Source: Candidatus Omnitrophota bacterium (GTDB lineage: Bacteria; Omnitrophota; Gorgyraeia; Duberdicusellales; 4484-171). From it: a stretch of 64,000 nucleotides of DNA. The notes beneath the pieces are model-generated. The model was not told where the DNA came from. It was given only the letters and a program-made list of their open reading frames with translations, and did no database searches. Shown piece after piece: positions 36,181 through 45,034 of the stretch (positions within the stretch are counted from its first letter, which is position 1; every line of letters begins with the position of its first letter). Both the position numbers and the translations under genes were made by a program. Location: positions 182,315-246,314 of the forward strand of contig JBAZGN010000001.1 of assembly GCA_041652815.1 (NCBI GenBank), written 5' to 3'.

Positions 36181-36300
36181 GGTTTAGTTTTTAGTTCTAA
36201 GTTCTAGGTTCTAAGTTCTAGGTTTTAAGTTGTGGGTTATAAGTTTTTCCCAAATTTGTTAGCGTTGGGTTTACCTTAGAACTTACAACTTATCACTTAG
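36181..36300. repeat. Intergenic dyad element built from 'gttctag/gttctaa' words
   Basis: tagttctaagttctaggttctaagttctaggttttaagttgtgggttataag ... cttagaacttacaacttatcacttagaacta. Confidence 0.5.
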
Positions 36301-36302
36301 AA

Positions 36303-36788
36303 CTAATATGTTATTGCCAACCGTTCGTTTTTCTCTTTTTTTGTCAGGATTACTCCGTCTTCCTTATATTTCTTAAGCATAAAGTGGGTAACTGCTCCTT
36401 TTACCGAACTTAAGGGAGCAAGCTTCTCGGAAACAAAACTTGCTACTGTATGGATGTCTTTACCCTCAACTGTTAAAAGCAAATCATAGGTTCCTGAAAG
36501 AAGATAGCAGTTTTTTACTTCCGGAAACTTGAATATCCTTTCCGCTACCGCGTCAAAACCTACATCTTTTTGCGGCGTTATTCTTACCTCGATTAAAGCG
36601 ACTACACCGTTTGCACCTTTAAGTTTTTCTTTATTTATTACCGCTTTATATTTTACTATTATTCCTTTTTTCTCGTAATCCTTTATCGCCCTTTCAATTT
36701 CTTTTTTGCTTTTACCGGTAAGTTTTACTAAATCTTCCAAAGGAACACGTGCGTTAGTTTCCAATATTTCTAATATCTCATCCATATT
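36303..36788 (-). CDS. Lrp/AsnC-family transcriptional regulator
   Basis: HTH_AsnC N-terminus MDEILEILETNARVPLEDLVKLTGKSKKEIERAIKDYEKKGII and a RAM domain. The likely start is the internal Met at 36788. Confidence 0.8.
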   Translation of the reverse strand, partial: NMDEILEILETNARVPLEDLVKLTGKSKKEIERAIKDYEKKGIIVKYKAVINKEKLKGANGVVALIEVRITPQKDVGFDAVAERIFKFPEVKNCYLLSGTYDLLLTVEGKDIHTVASFVSEKLAPLSSVKGAVTHFMLKKYKEDGVILTKKEKNERLAITY

Positions 36789-36943
36789 AACCTCCGTTTT
36801 TGCACAGATAATCACAGGTACGAAACAGATGATCACAGATTGTTTAAAAAGTAGCACGTATTAAGTAACAGGTATCACGTTTTAAAAAACCTGTTACCTG
36901 TTACTTGCTACGTTTTACATAATCTGTGTATAATTGTATCAAA

Positions 36944-38056
36944 TTACGCGCCATATTCATAGTAAATTCTACAAGTGCCCTCAAAAGATACCATGCAAGG
37001 ACCAAGAGGGTTATCCACTGTGCAGCGTTTTTTAAATTGCGGGCACTCGGATGGGCTTATCTTTCCTTTTACTACATCCACACAGCGGCAATTGATATTT
37101 TTTATTTTTCCATGGGCTAACGGTTTATCTATTAGTTTTTCTGCGTCAAAATTCTTGTATCTTTCATTTATAAACAGGCCGCTTTTTTTTATCACGCCAA
37201 AACCGCGCCAAGCAGCATCTTTAATATCAAATACCTCGTTTATTAATTTCATAGCAGAAATATTGCCGCCTGGCTTAACTACTCTGTTATATTCATTTTC
37301 CAATTTATATTTTCCTTCGCTTATTTGAGAACAGATTTTATAGATGGATAAAACCATATCCAGCGGCTCAAAACCGCAAATTACGCAAGGGATGTTGTAT
37401 TTTTTTACAATTTCTCTATATGGCACTTCACCTATAATTACCGAAACATGCCCCGGGCAGAGAAAACCATCTACTTTTATTTCGCTGTCTTCACAAAGCA
37501 AGTTAAGAGCGGGGGGGATAACCCGGTGCGCAGAAAGTACAAAAAGATTATTAAGTTCATTTTTTTGGGCTTCTTTTAATATGGAAGCTGTAAGCGGGGC
37601 TGTTGTCTCAAAACCCACAGCCAAAAAAATTATTCTTTTTTGCGGATTTATTTTCGCAAGCTCTAAAACCTCGCTTGGGGAGTATATTACCGATATATTT
37701 GCGCCATATGCATGGGCTTCTTCTAAGCTCGATACCGTACCTTTTACTTTTATAAGATCGCCGAAAGTAGCTATGATATTTTGCTTATCTTTACACAGAA
37801 AAAGCGCCTTATCTATAAAGCTATCTTCGGTTATACAAACCGGGCATCCTGGCCCAGAAATTAAATTTATATTATCGGGAAGCAGTTTCTTTAGCCCGAA
37901 TCTGAAAAAAGTATAAGTATGCGTTCCGCATACTTCCATTATGTTTATCTTTTTTTTCAATCCCAGGCTTTGGATTGCGCGGATAATTCTTCGTATTACT
38001 TTTTTATTTCTTAGAAGATTTTCGGTAAGCACTTTTATACTCCTTAAAACCATCAA
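36944..38056 (-). CDS. hypD: [NiFe]-hydrogenase maturation factor HypD
   Basis: MEVCGTHT (CGxH), GPGCPVC, GFETTAP and CPGHVSVIIG, the canonical HypD motifs. Confidence 0.85.
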   Translation of the reverse strand: MMVLRSIKVLTENLLRNKKVIRRIIRAIQSLGLKKKINIMEVCGTHTYTFFRFGLKKLLPDNINLISGPGCPVCITEDSFIDKALFLCKDKQNIIATFGDLIKVKGTVSSLEEAHAYGANISVIYSPSEVLELAKINPQKRIIFLAVGFETTAPLTASILKEAQKNELNNLFVLSAHRVIPPALNLLCEDSEIKVDGFLCPGHVSVIIGEVPYREIVKKYNIPCVICGFEPLDMVLSIYKICSQISEGKYKLENEYNRVVKPGGNISAMKLINEVFDIKDAAWRGFGVIKKSGLFINERYKNFDAEKLIDKPLAHGKIKNINCRCVDVVKGKISPSECPQFKKRCTVDNPLGPCMVSFEGTCRIYYEYGA

Positions 38057-38240
38057 GTATATCTTTAACCTTGCTTGAGTCGAATTTCTCTATGGCAAAA
38101 CCTGCATGAACCATTACAAAATCTCCCTTTTGGGCATTTTTAAGAAATTCGATATTAACATCCCTTTTAATTCCTTCGGCTTCAACGGACGCGTGAGTGC
38201 CTTTTATTTCAATTATTTTCATCGGATACGCTAAGCACAT
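38004..38240 (-). CDS. hypC: [NiFe]-hydrogenase maturation factor HypC
   Basis: Starts MCLAYP, the conserved HypC N-terminus with Cys2. About 78 aa, overlapping the hypD start. Confidence 0.8.
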   Translation of the reverse strand: MCLAYPMKIIEIKGTHASVEAEGIKRDVNIEFLKNAQKGDFVMVHAGFAIEKFDSSKVKDILDGFKEYKSAYRKSSKK

Positions 38241-38424
38241 ATTTACTCCTAATGAGCACATCATTTTTCCAAGCTGCCTGTCCAGACAGGCGCGCAGAAA
38301 AAATGATAGTGCGAATTATCCCGAAGTGCTCTCAAAAAATATCGAACGAGTACTTGCGTAGAGAGATTTTTTGAGTATACAGGCACTTCGGGATTTTTCA
38401 TATCCCCAACAAAAATTCTTAACC

Positions 38425-40728
38425 TTAACCTGTTTTTTCATTCGCAACAACGGCTTGCCCCACAGATACTCCCGAATCGTTGGTTGGGATTCGTTTATGA
38501 TAATGGACACAGAACCCTTTTTCTTTAAGTAACTTAACCGTTAAGTCTAAAAGCAGTATGTTCTGAAATACTCCACCGGAAAATGCTACATCATTTATGC
38601 CGTAGTCGCTTCTTAAACGAATGGACATTCCCCTTATAATCTTTGCGCAGGTAAAATGAAATTTATACGCGATAGATTCTTTATTTTTTCTTGCTTTTAA
38701 ATCCCTGATAATTCCCGAAAAAATATCCTGCCAGTTTATTATATAAACACCCTGTTCCTTATTGATTGAAAAATCAAAACAACTATCACTTGGCTTTGAT
38801 TTACCTGCTGCCATTTCCAAAGAAACAGCTGCTTCTGCCTCATAACTAATTGAGTGTTTTATATCTAAAATGCTTGCAACGGCATCAAACAGCCGGCCTG
38901 CTGATGAGGTCATAATAGTTTCTTTGTTTTTTATGAGCCTGCAAAAAATATTTTTCTCTATTTTTTTAAAATAATTTACGCAAGCAAGGTTTAGTTTAAA
39001 TAAATTTTCACCGTATATATCATAGAGCGTATAAAATGCTACTCTTGCCGGGGTAACAGCCGCCTTATCTACTCCGAGCAAACCAAAGTATTTAAAATGC
39101 CCGGCGCGCTTAAAACTACATTTATCTGTCACAAAAAATTCTCCTCCCCAAATAGCATTATCAAGCCCCAAGCCTGCTCCATCGAAGCAAACCCCGATTG
39201 CCTTTTTCTCCACATTATTTTCCAAAAGGCAGCCTGCCAAATGCGCATGATGATGCTGCACAGCTATTTTTTGAACCCGCTTCAACGAAAGCGCATACTG
39301 GGTTGAAAGATAATCCGGGTGCAGGTCGTGGGCAACAACTTCGGGTTTAAAATTCAATATTTTCTCGTAATGCGAAAGTGTTTTAAGGTACGCTGCGTAA
39401 TTTGCGTAATTTTTCAAATCGCCAAGATAAGGCGAACTTACGATACGACCGCGCGCTGCCAATGAAAATGTATTTTTCAGCTCTGCTCCGCAGGCAAGAA
39501 TTTCTTTTTTATGCGTGAAATTTATAAAATCAGGGGTGTAACCCCTTGCTTTTCTTATGATAATTTCTTTATTTTGAAACACTCTTGCTATAGAATCGTC
39601 ACATTTTATTTGTATGATTCTATTATGCACAAGAAAATAATCTGCATATTTTTCAATTTGGCAAAGTTCCTTTTCAGAAGCGACCAAAGGAAAATCACCC
39701 TTATTAGCAGATGTCATAACCAGCGCAGGAAACCTTTGAAACTTTTTAAGGTAATGAAAAAGAAGATAATGCAAGGGCGCATAACAAAGCATTACTCCTA
39801 GAAAATTTTGCGAAGGCGCAGCTTCGGCAATCCAGGAAGTATTTTTCTTTATCTCTAAGAGAGTTATTGGCCTGGCGAGGCTTTCGATAAGCTTTTTTTC
39901 GCTGCTTGCGATAGCGCAAATTTCGGATACTGCCCTTAAATCTTCAACCATTATTGCGAAAGGCTTTGCAGGCCGGCTTTTAAGGCGCCGTAGGCGCCTT
40001 ACAGCGCTAATGTTTTTTGCATCGCAGGCTAAATGGTAGCCGCCAATCCCCTTTACAGCAATGATTTTTCCGCCTGCTATCAGCCTTGCTGTTTTTCCCA
40101 ATATTTCCTGCACGTTTGAAGAAAAAACTTTTTCTTTTTTTATTTCTTTCAGGCTTTTAAAAAGTTTTATCTGCGGGCCGCAGGAAAAACACGCATTCGG
40201 TTCAGCATGAAACCTGCGATCTGCCGGATTAGTGTATTCCTTAGAACACAATTGGCACATTTTAAAATGTTTCATCGTTGAATTTTTCCTGTCATACGGA
40301 ATATCTTCGATTATGCTAAATCGCGGCCCGCAATTAGTGCAGTTTATAAAAGGGTAAAGGTAGCGGCGGCAATTTTCGTCAAAGAGTTCGCGGAGACAGT
40401 CTTTACATATTGCGATATCTGCGGGGAAAGAAGCAATTCTATTTTCTTTACAACGGCTTTCTATTATGTTGAATTTTTCTTCTCCGGCTAAAGGAATCTG
40501 TTCCTTCCTTATTTTATTTATGCTGCTAATTGCCGGCGCGGTTATTCTAAGCTCATCTATAAAATCTTTTATTCGGCTACTTTCTCCCTCAAGCTCAACA
40601 GTCACACCCCTTGAATCATTAAATACACACCCGCCGAGCTTAAATTTCCTGGAAAGCCTAAACACGTGCGGCCGGAAACCCACCCCCTGGACAATCCCTC
40701 TTATGTGAAGTTTTATTCGTTGCTTCAT
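38425..40728 (-). CDS. hypF: Carbamoyltransferase HypF
   Basis: Acylphosphatase domain (VQGVGFRPHVF), two Zn-finger pairs (CKDCLRE...CTNCGPRFSI; CQLCSKEY...CFSCGP), and YrdC and Kae1-like domains. Confidence 0.9.
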   Translation of the reverse strand: MKQRIKLHIRGIVQGVGFRPHVFRLSRKFKLGGCVFNDSRGVTVELEGESSRIKDFIDELRITAPAISSINKIRKEQIPLAGEEKFNIIESRCKENRIASFPADIAICKDCLRELFDENCRRYLYPFINCTNCGPRFSIIEDIPYDRKNSTMKHFKMCQLCSKEYTNPADRRFHAEPNACFSCGPQIKLFKSLKEIKKEKVFSSNVQEILGKTARLIAGGKIIAVKGIGGYHLACDAKNISAVRRLRRLKSRPAKPFAIMVEDLRAVSEICAIASSEKKLIESLARPITLLEIKKNTSWIAEAAPSQNFLGVMLCYAPLHYLLFHYLKKFQRFPALVMTSANKGDFPLVASEKELCQIEKYADYFLVHNRIIQIKCDDSIARVFQNKEIIIRKARGYTPDFINFTHKKEILACGAELKNTFSLAARGRIVSSPYLGDLKNYANYAAYLKTLSHYEKILNFKPEVVAHDLHPDYLSTQYALSLKRVQKIAVQHHHAHLAGCLLENNVEKKAIGVCFDGAGLGLDNAIWGGEFFVTDKCSFKRAGHFKYFGLLGVDKAAVTPARVAFYTLYDIYGENLFKLNLACVNYFKKIEKNIFCRLIKNKETIMTSSAGRLFDAVASILDIKHSISYEAEAAVSLEMAAGKSKPSDSCFDFSINKEQGVYIINWQDIFSGIIRDLKARKNKESIAYKFHFTCAKIIRGMSIRLRSDYGINDVAFSGGVFQNILLLDLTVKLLKEKGFCVHYHKRIPTNDSGVSVGQAVVANEKTG

Positions 40729-40877
40729 TTTGCTTTTTTATTACGCAGATGATCGCAGATGCAAAACAGATGATCGCAGATAAGAAGATAGAAATACAAT
40801 TGTATATCTACTGTATTTCCACCGTATTTCTATCGTATATCAATTACAGTGAAATTTATCTGTGAACATCTGTGTTA
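40729..40877. repeat. Intergenic dyad element built from 'cagatgatcgcagat' words
   Basis: acgcagatgatcgcagatgcaaaacagatgatcgcagataag ... atctgtgaacatctgtgttatc. Confidence 0.5.
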
Positions 40878-41696
40878 TCAAACGATTTCCACATCAAGAA
40901 TGCGGTTTAAGCTAATGCGGATATTTTTACCCTGTTTACTTTCATACCACAGAAAAAAACTTTTGTTTTCCTGGGAAAGATTAAGCGGCTTTATCACATC
41001 GCTTTCCATCATATTTTGATGAGAAAGATACCTTGCTTTTAGAGACAATTTCCCTTCAATCGCTTTTTTAACCAGATGGAGTTTTGGCTCTTCTTTAATT
41101 CTAAAGATTTCGTTGTTCAAGCCATAAAGCGATATAAAATCTTCCAAATTGTCCAGGCTACTTTCTTTTAATATGTCTCTTAGCTTAAAAAATGCTTTTG
41201 AGGCGACATAAGCATCGTCCATAGCGCGATGCAATTTACCTGGACATTCTATATTAAAGTATGAAACAATTTCGCTTAAGTTGTATCTAGGTAAACGCAA
41301 AGTCTTTCTTGCCATGCAAAGTATGTCTATGGCAGGAAGCTCCAGCGGCTGCTTGTTCATCTGCTTTAATCTGTAATTTATAAATCCCAGGTCAAAATCA
41401 ATATTGTATGCCAGGATTATTGAATCTTTCAAAAAATCAACGAATTTGTCCGCGATATCTTCGAAATAAGGTGCGCCCTTTAAGTCTTCATCGCAAATCT
41501 GATGTATTCTGAAAGCTGTCTCAGGCATGCTTTTTTTGGGATTTACAAGGCTGTGAAATTTATCTATAGCCTCGCGGCCTTTTATTTTAAGAGCACCTAT
41601 CTCGCAAATAGAGTCTCCGGCAAGCACATCAAGCCCGGTTGTTTCTAAATCGAAAAATACAAGATTAAAATCTTCTATGTTCTTCTTTAAATCCAT
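40878..41696 (-). CDS. DEDDh 3'-5' exonuclease domain protein (DnaQ-like) with a C-terminal extension
   Basis: Exo I FFDLETTGLD, Exo II and Exo III HRAMDDAY. Confidence 0.65.
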   Translation of the reverse strand: MDLKKNIEDFNLVFFDLETTGLDVLAGDSICEIGALKIKGREAIDKFHSLVNPKKSMPETAFRIHQICDEDLKGAPYFEDIADKFVDFLKDSIILAYNIDFDLGFINYRLKQMNKQPLELPAIDILCMARKTLRLPRYNLSEIVSYFNIECPGKLHRAMDDAYVASKAFFKLRDILKESSLDNLEDFISLYGLNNEIFRIKEEPKLHLVKKAIEGKLSLKARYLSHQNMMESDVIKPLNLSQENKSFFLWYESKQGKNIRISLNRILDVEIV

Positions 41697-41708
41697 ATTC
41701 TTTGCTGG

Positions 41709-42125
41709 CTAATTTATAATCTTTACCACTATTTCTCGTTCGCGTGGACGCGTATCAAAATCTATTAAAACAACCTGCTGCCAGGTGCCTAAATCAAGCT
41801 TTCCATCGGTTACCGAAATAAAAAAGTTTGTTTTAACCAATGAGCTGCGCAGGTGCGAATGGCCGTTGGCATCATTCCAGGTAAGGTTATGCGCATAATT
41901 TTTATTAAAGGGTATGGTTTTTTCAAAAATTTCTTTTAGATCCCTTACCAACCCAGGCTCATATTCCATAGTAGTTATTGCCGCGGTTGAACCAATAACC
42001 GAAAGAAACATTACTGCGTCTTCTAAGCCTTCTTCCTCACGAATTTTTTCCAGCTGTTGCGTGATATCAATTATGTCGGTGTTTCCCTTGGTGCTTATCC
42101 TTATATATTTAGTCAGCATAGGCAT
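41709..42125 (-). CDS. YjbQ-family (UPF0047) secondary thiamine-phosphate synthase-like protein
   Basis: 138 aa with a YjbQ-like pattern (ITTMEYEPGLVRDL ... NGHSHLRSSLV). Confidence 0.65.
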   Translation of the reverse strand: MPMLTKYIRISTKGNTDIIDITQQLEKIREEEGLEDAVMFLSVIGSTAAITTMEYEPGLVRDLKEIFEKTIPFNKNYAHNLTWNDANGHSHLRSSLVKTNFFISVTDGKLDLGTWQQVVLIDFDTRPREREIVVKIIN

Positions 42126-42445
42126 TATTTTATGAAACTGCCCGGAGAAACCTCCCTGTCTGCCGTAAGGATTACTATTTTATCCTCTGAGTGTGCAGCA
42201 AGAAGCATTCCGTTTGATTCAACTCCTCTTAGTACCTTCGGCTCTAAATTTACAACAATTATGACTAATTTGCCGATTAGCTCTTCCTTGGTGTAGTAAT
42301 TTTTTATTCCGGCAACAAGCTGAACTTGCGTTGCGCCTAAATCCACCTTTAAAACATAAAGCCTGTCAGCATTGGGATGGTCGTTTGCCTCTAAAACCTT
42401 GCCAACTTTTAACTCCAACTTCGAAAAATCCTCATAAGTTATCAT
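42125..42445 (-). CDS. tRNA-binding protein CsaA/Trbp111 family (OB-fold, MetRS C-terminal-like)
   Basis: FSKLELKVGKVLEANDHPNADRLYVLKVDLG...SNGMLLAA is typical of the tRNA_bind domain. Confidence 0.75.
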   Translation of the reverse strand: MITYEDFSKLELKVGKVLEANDHPNADRLYVLKVDLGATQVQLVAGIKNYYTKEELIGKLVIIVVNLEPKVLRGVESNGMLLAAHSEDKIVILTADREVSPGSFIK

Positions 42446-42807
42446 TTTTACCTCCTCTTGTTAGTCCACAGTCCATAGAGAGCGAAGCCTCCCCGCAGGG
42501 GACCATAGTCCATAGTTTTAAATCTGTGGGCTATCGACTGTCGACTATGGACTATTTTTAGAATAGGCAATATTTTAACAACAGTGGGGTTTAAAGTAAA
42601 TAGAATTATTTTGTGGCTTTGGAATCAACTGTCCCTGTTTTTAATATGACTTGCTATGGCTTAAAATGTTATAAAAATTAGTAAAGATGAGTTTTTAGGT
42701 CTCGCGGGTTTTTTATTTGCCCCTCGCAGGGCAACAGCCCTTTCCATCATTTGCCTGCAGGCATAGCCTCATCCGCCGGAAGCGGGCAGGGAATTCTGAC
42801 AAAGAAG

Positions 42808-43728
42808 TTAAAACTCTTTTATAAAGTCTATTTTTTCAATATTCTGCAATGGTTGTATTCTTATTCTAAGTTCATCAAGGTAAATATCTGTATTTCTTGG
42901 GTCTATTTTAAATTCATAAACATCCAATTCCCCTGTAGACTGTAATTTTTGAAAGCGGGCGAAAAGAACTTCGTTTTTGTACAATAGGACTTGTCTGTTT
43001 TCTGATTTTTGCAGGTAAACTCTTAAAGTTAAAGGAAAGCTGCTATGGCCGAAACCATACTTTTTAAAATCGAATACTGGCCCTTCCCCCTCTGTCTGAA
43101 AAAGCAATCCAGTTCCCCATAAAGAAAAATTAATATGATTTTTGATGTCTTCCTTTAACCTAACCATGACATTCCACCCTCCTAAATTTTTTCCGTAATA
43201 AAGAGCTAAAAGCATATTAACAAAAGCTTTTTTATCATCATTGTTCATCAAATAATATTTAGAAAGATATATGTAATTACGGTAATAAACAGGGAAAAGA
43301 CTGATTGCTTTTTCAATTTCATCTTCAGCTCTTTTATCCTTCGTCTGCGCATAAAACCAGCCAAGTTTTAAATGATATTCAAAATCTATTGGGTTTAGTT
43401 TTATTGCTTTTATGTATAACTTTTCAATATCCTCTTTATCGCCGAATAATGTTTCTTTAAAGTTTTCATTGAATGCACATGAAAGCAAATCTGCTTTTAA
43501 AACTAAATATTCGGCATTAGCTTTATTTAAATTTATTGCTTTTGAAATTAAATTTAAAGAGTCCATATAATAGTTAATTTCCCCTACTTTTGTTGATGGA
43601 AATTTAGTTTTTAATATTTTTTCGTAAAGTATATCTGCTATTAAATTAAAGGACAGAAATATTATAACCATAAATATGCTTATTGTTGCAAAAAGCAAAA
43701 ATTTGCTACTGATATTTTTTTCTTGCAT
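42808..43728 (-). CDS. Membrane-anchored TPR-like protein, function unknown; first gene of the polysaccharide locus block
   Basis: N-terminal TM helix, then helical repeats. Confidence 0.35.
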   Translation of the reverse strand: MQEKNISSKFLLFATISIFMVIIFLSFNLIADILYEKILKTKFPSTKVGEINYYMDSLNLISKAINLNKANAEYLVLKADLLSCAFNENFKETLFGDKEDIEKLYIKAIKLNPIDFEYHLKLGWFYAQTKDKRAEDEIEKAISLFPVYYRNYIYLSKYYLMNNDDKKAFVNMLLALYYGKNLGGWNVMVRLKEDIKNHINFSLWGTGLLFQTEGEGPVFDFKKYGFGHSSFPLTLRVYLQKSENRQVLLYKNEVLFARFQKLQSTGELDVYEFKIDPRNTDIYLDELRIRIQPLQNIEKIDFIKEF

Positions 43729-43740
43729 GTGGATAATTAA

Positions 43741-45033
43741 CTATTTCTCATCTGCGGGATTTCCGGAATGAAAATGTGTATATGCACATTTATATATTAA
43801 ACCTAAAAGCAACCAAAACAAAAAAGTTACTGCTGGGATATGGAAATTGAAATCAATAAAGCTATGTATTACCGTGCCGGCTATGCCGCAAAAACCGCCG
43901 ATAACTATATTTTTAACAAAAGGATCGTGCCGGTTGCTTGTTTCGTTTAAAATAGCTTTAAATAAACTAAAGAAAAAAACCAATAACAAAACTGCGCTAA
44001 TTAAACCGGCCTCAAAAAGAAACTGGAGATAGTCATTATGTAAATAATCGTAATAAGCTACGAACTTACTTCTTTGATATAGAGTAAATATATCACTAAA
44101 GTTACCTAACCCGACACCAAAAATGGGAAAGTTTTTAAAAATTGTAAATGCATCAGCAACAATTGTCCATCTATCCATTAAGCTATTCCACACGAAACTC
44201 ATTCTGTTACTAAGGGGGCCAAAGCCTGATATGGAGACAAGTACCAAAGCAAAGATAATCACCCCCATAATTATCCAATGTTGGTTTGTTTGCACTTTTT
44301 CTTTGGCTAACAAACAAGACATCATAATTAGTGCTATTATCAAACTGATCGATCCTCCTCTGGACAGCGAAAGAAAAACGCTTGCGCAGATTATAGCTGC
44401 TATAAAGCTAAAAATAATTTTCTTATATTTGTTCTTACAGTATAGGGCATAGGCGACGGAAACGTTTGAAATCATTATCATATATGCGGCAAAATGGTTT
44501 TTATTCCCAAAGGTGCTGAAGGAATAGGAACTTTGCCTTTGGAGAACGAAATATTTCTTTACAACTCCGTAAAGTGCCAGAGATAATCCAATAAAGATAA
44601 GAATCAATAGCATCCGCTCAAATTGTTTTTTTGTTGTAAAAATATTCAATACACAGATAAAAATAAGGAAAAAAGATACAAATTTTACTAGCTCCTCCAG
44701 CGTCACAATAGAATAGAACGATAATTGGCTAAAATTAGTAAAATAACCTCCGTATTGCTGTTTTAAAAGATAAGTGTTTGGGGAAATTATTTTTAAGAAA
44801 AAGACAGGAAAATATATTATTTGCAGGAACGTAATAGATAGAAAGATTATAAAAAGATTTATCTTGGCAGGATAAATTAATTTTTGATTATATTTTTTTG
44901 TTAGAAAAAGCAGGAACAAAAATATAAATAATGCAACCACCTCAATTACAAAAAGAGGTATTTTTTCAACTGACCCGTAAAAAAATGGACTGAGGATTGT
45001 AAGGAAAATTAAAAATAACTCTAAGGCTTTCAC
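43741..45033 (-). CDS. O-antigen ligase / Wzy_C-family polytopic membrane protein
   Basis: Ten or more TM helices and the Wzy_C signature YDYLHNDYLQFLFEAGLISAV in a periplasmic loop. Confidence 0.65.
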   Translation of the reverse strand: MKALELFLIFLTILSPFFYGSVEKIPLFVIEVVALFIFLFLLFLTKKYNQKLIYPAKINLFIIFLSITFLQIIYFPVFFLKIISPNTYLLKQQYGGYFTNFSQLSFYSIVTLEELVKFVSFFLIFICVLNIFTTKKQFERMLLILIFIGLSLALYGVVKKYFVLQRQSSYSFSTFGNKNHFAAYMIMISNVSVAYALYCKNKYKKIIFSFIAAIICASVFLSLSRGGSISLIIALIMMSCLLAKEKVQTNQHWIIMGVIIFALVLVSISGFGPLSNRMSFVWNSLMDRWTIVADAFTIFKNFPIFGVGLGNFSDIFTLYQRSKFVAYYDYLHNDYLQFLFEAGLISAVLLLVFFFSLFKAILNETSNRHDPFVKNIVIGGFCGIAGTVIHSFIDFNFHIPAVTFLFWLLLGLIYKCAYTHFHSGNPADEK

Positions 45034-45034
45034 G

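Noticed and set aside
38316-38510. 64-aa minus-strand ORF between hypC and hypF
   Set aside because: It overlaps the hypF 3' end and a dyad element. Its composition is atypical and it is probably spurious.
42446-42807. SRP RNA (4.5S) assignment for the GC-rich block
   Set aside because: Only a loose resemblance (CCGGAAG ... GGCAGGG) to domain IV. The conserved GNRA-tetraloop and symmetric-loop arrangement could not be reconstructed by eye, so it is kept only as an unspecified candidate.
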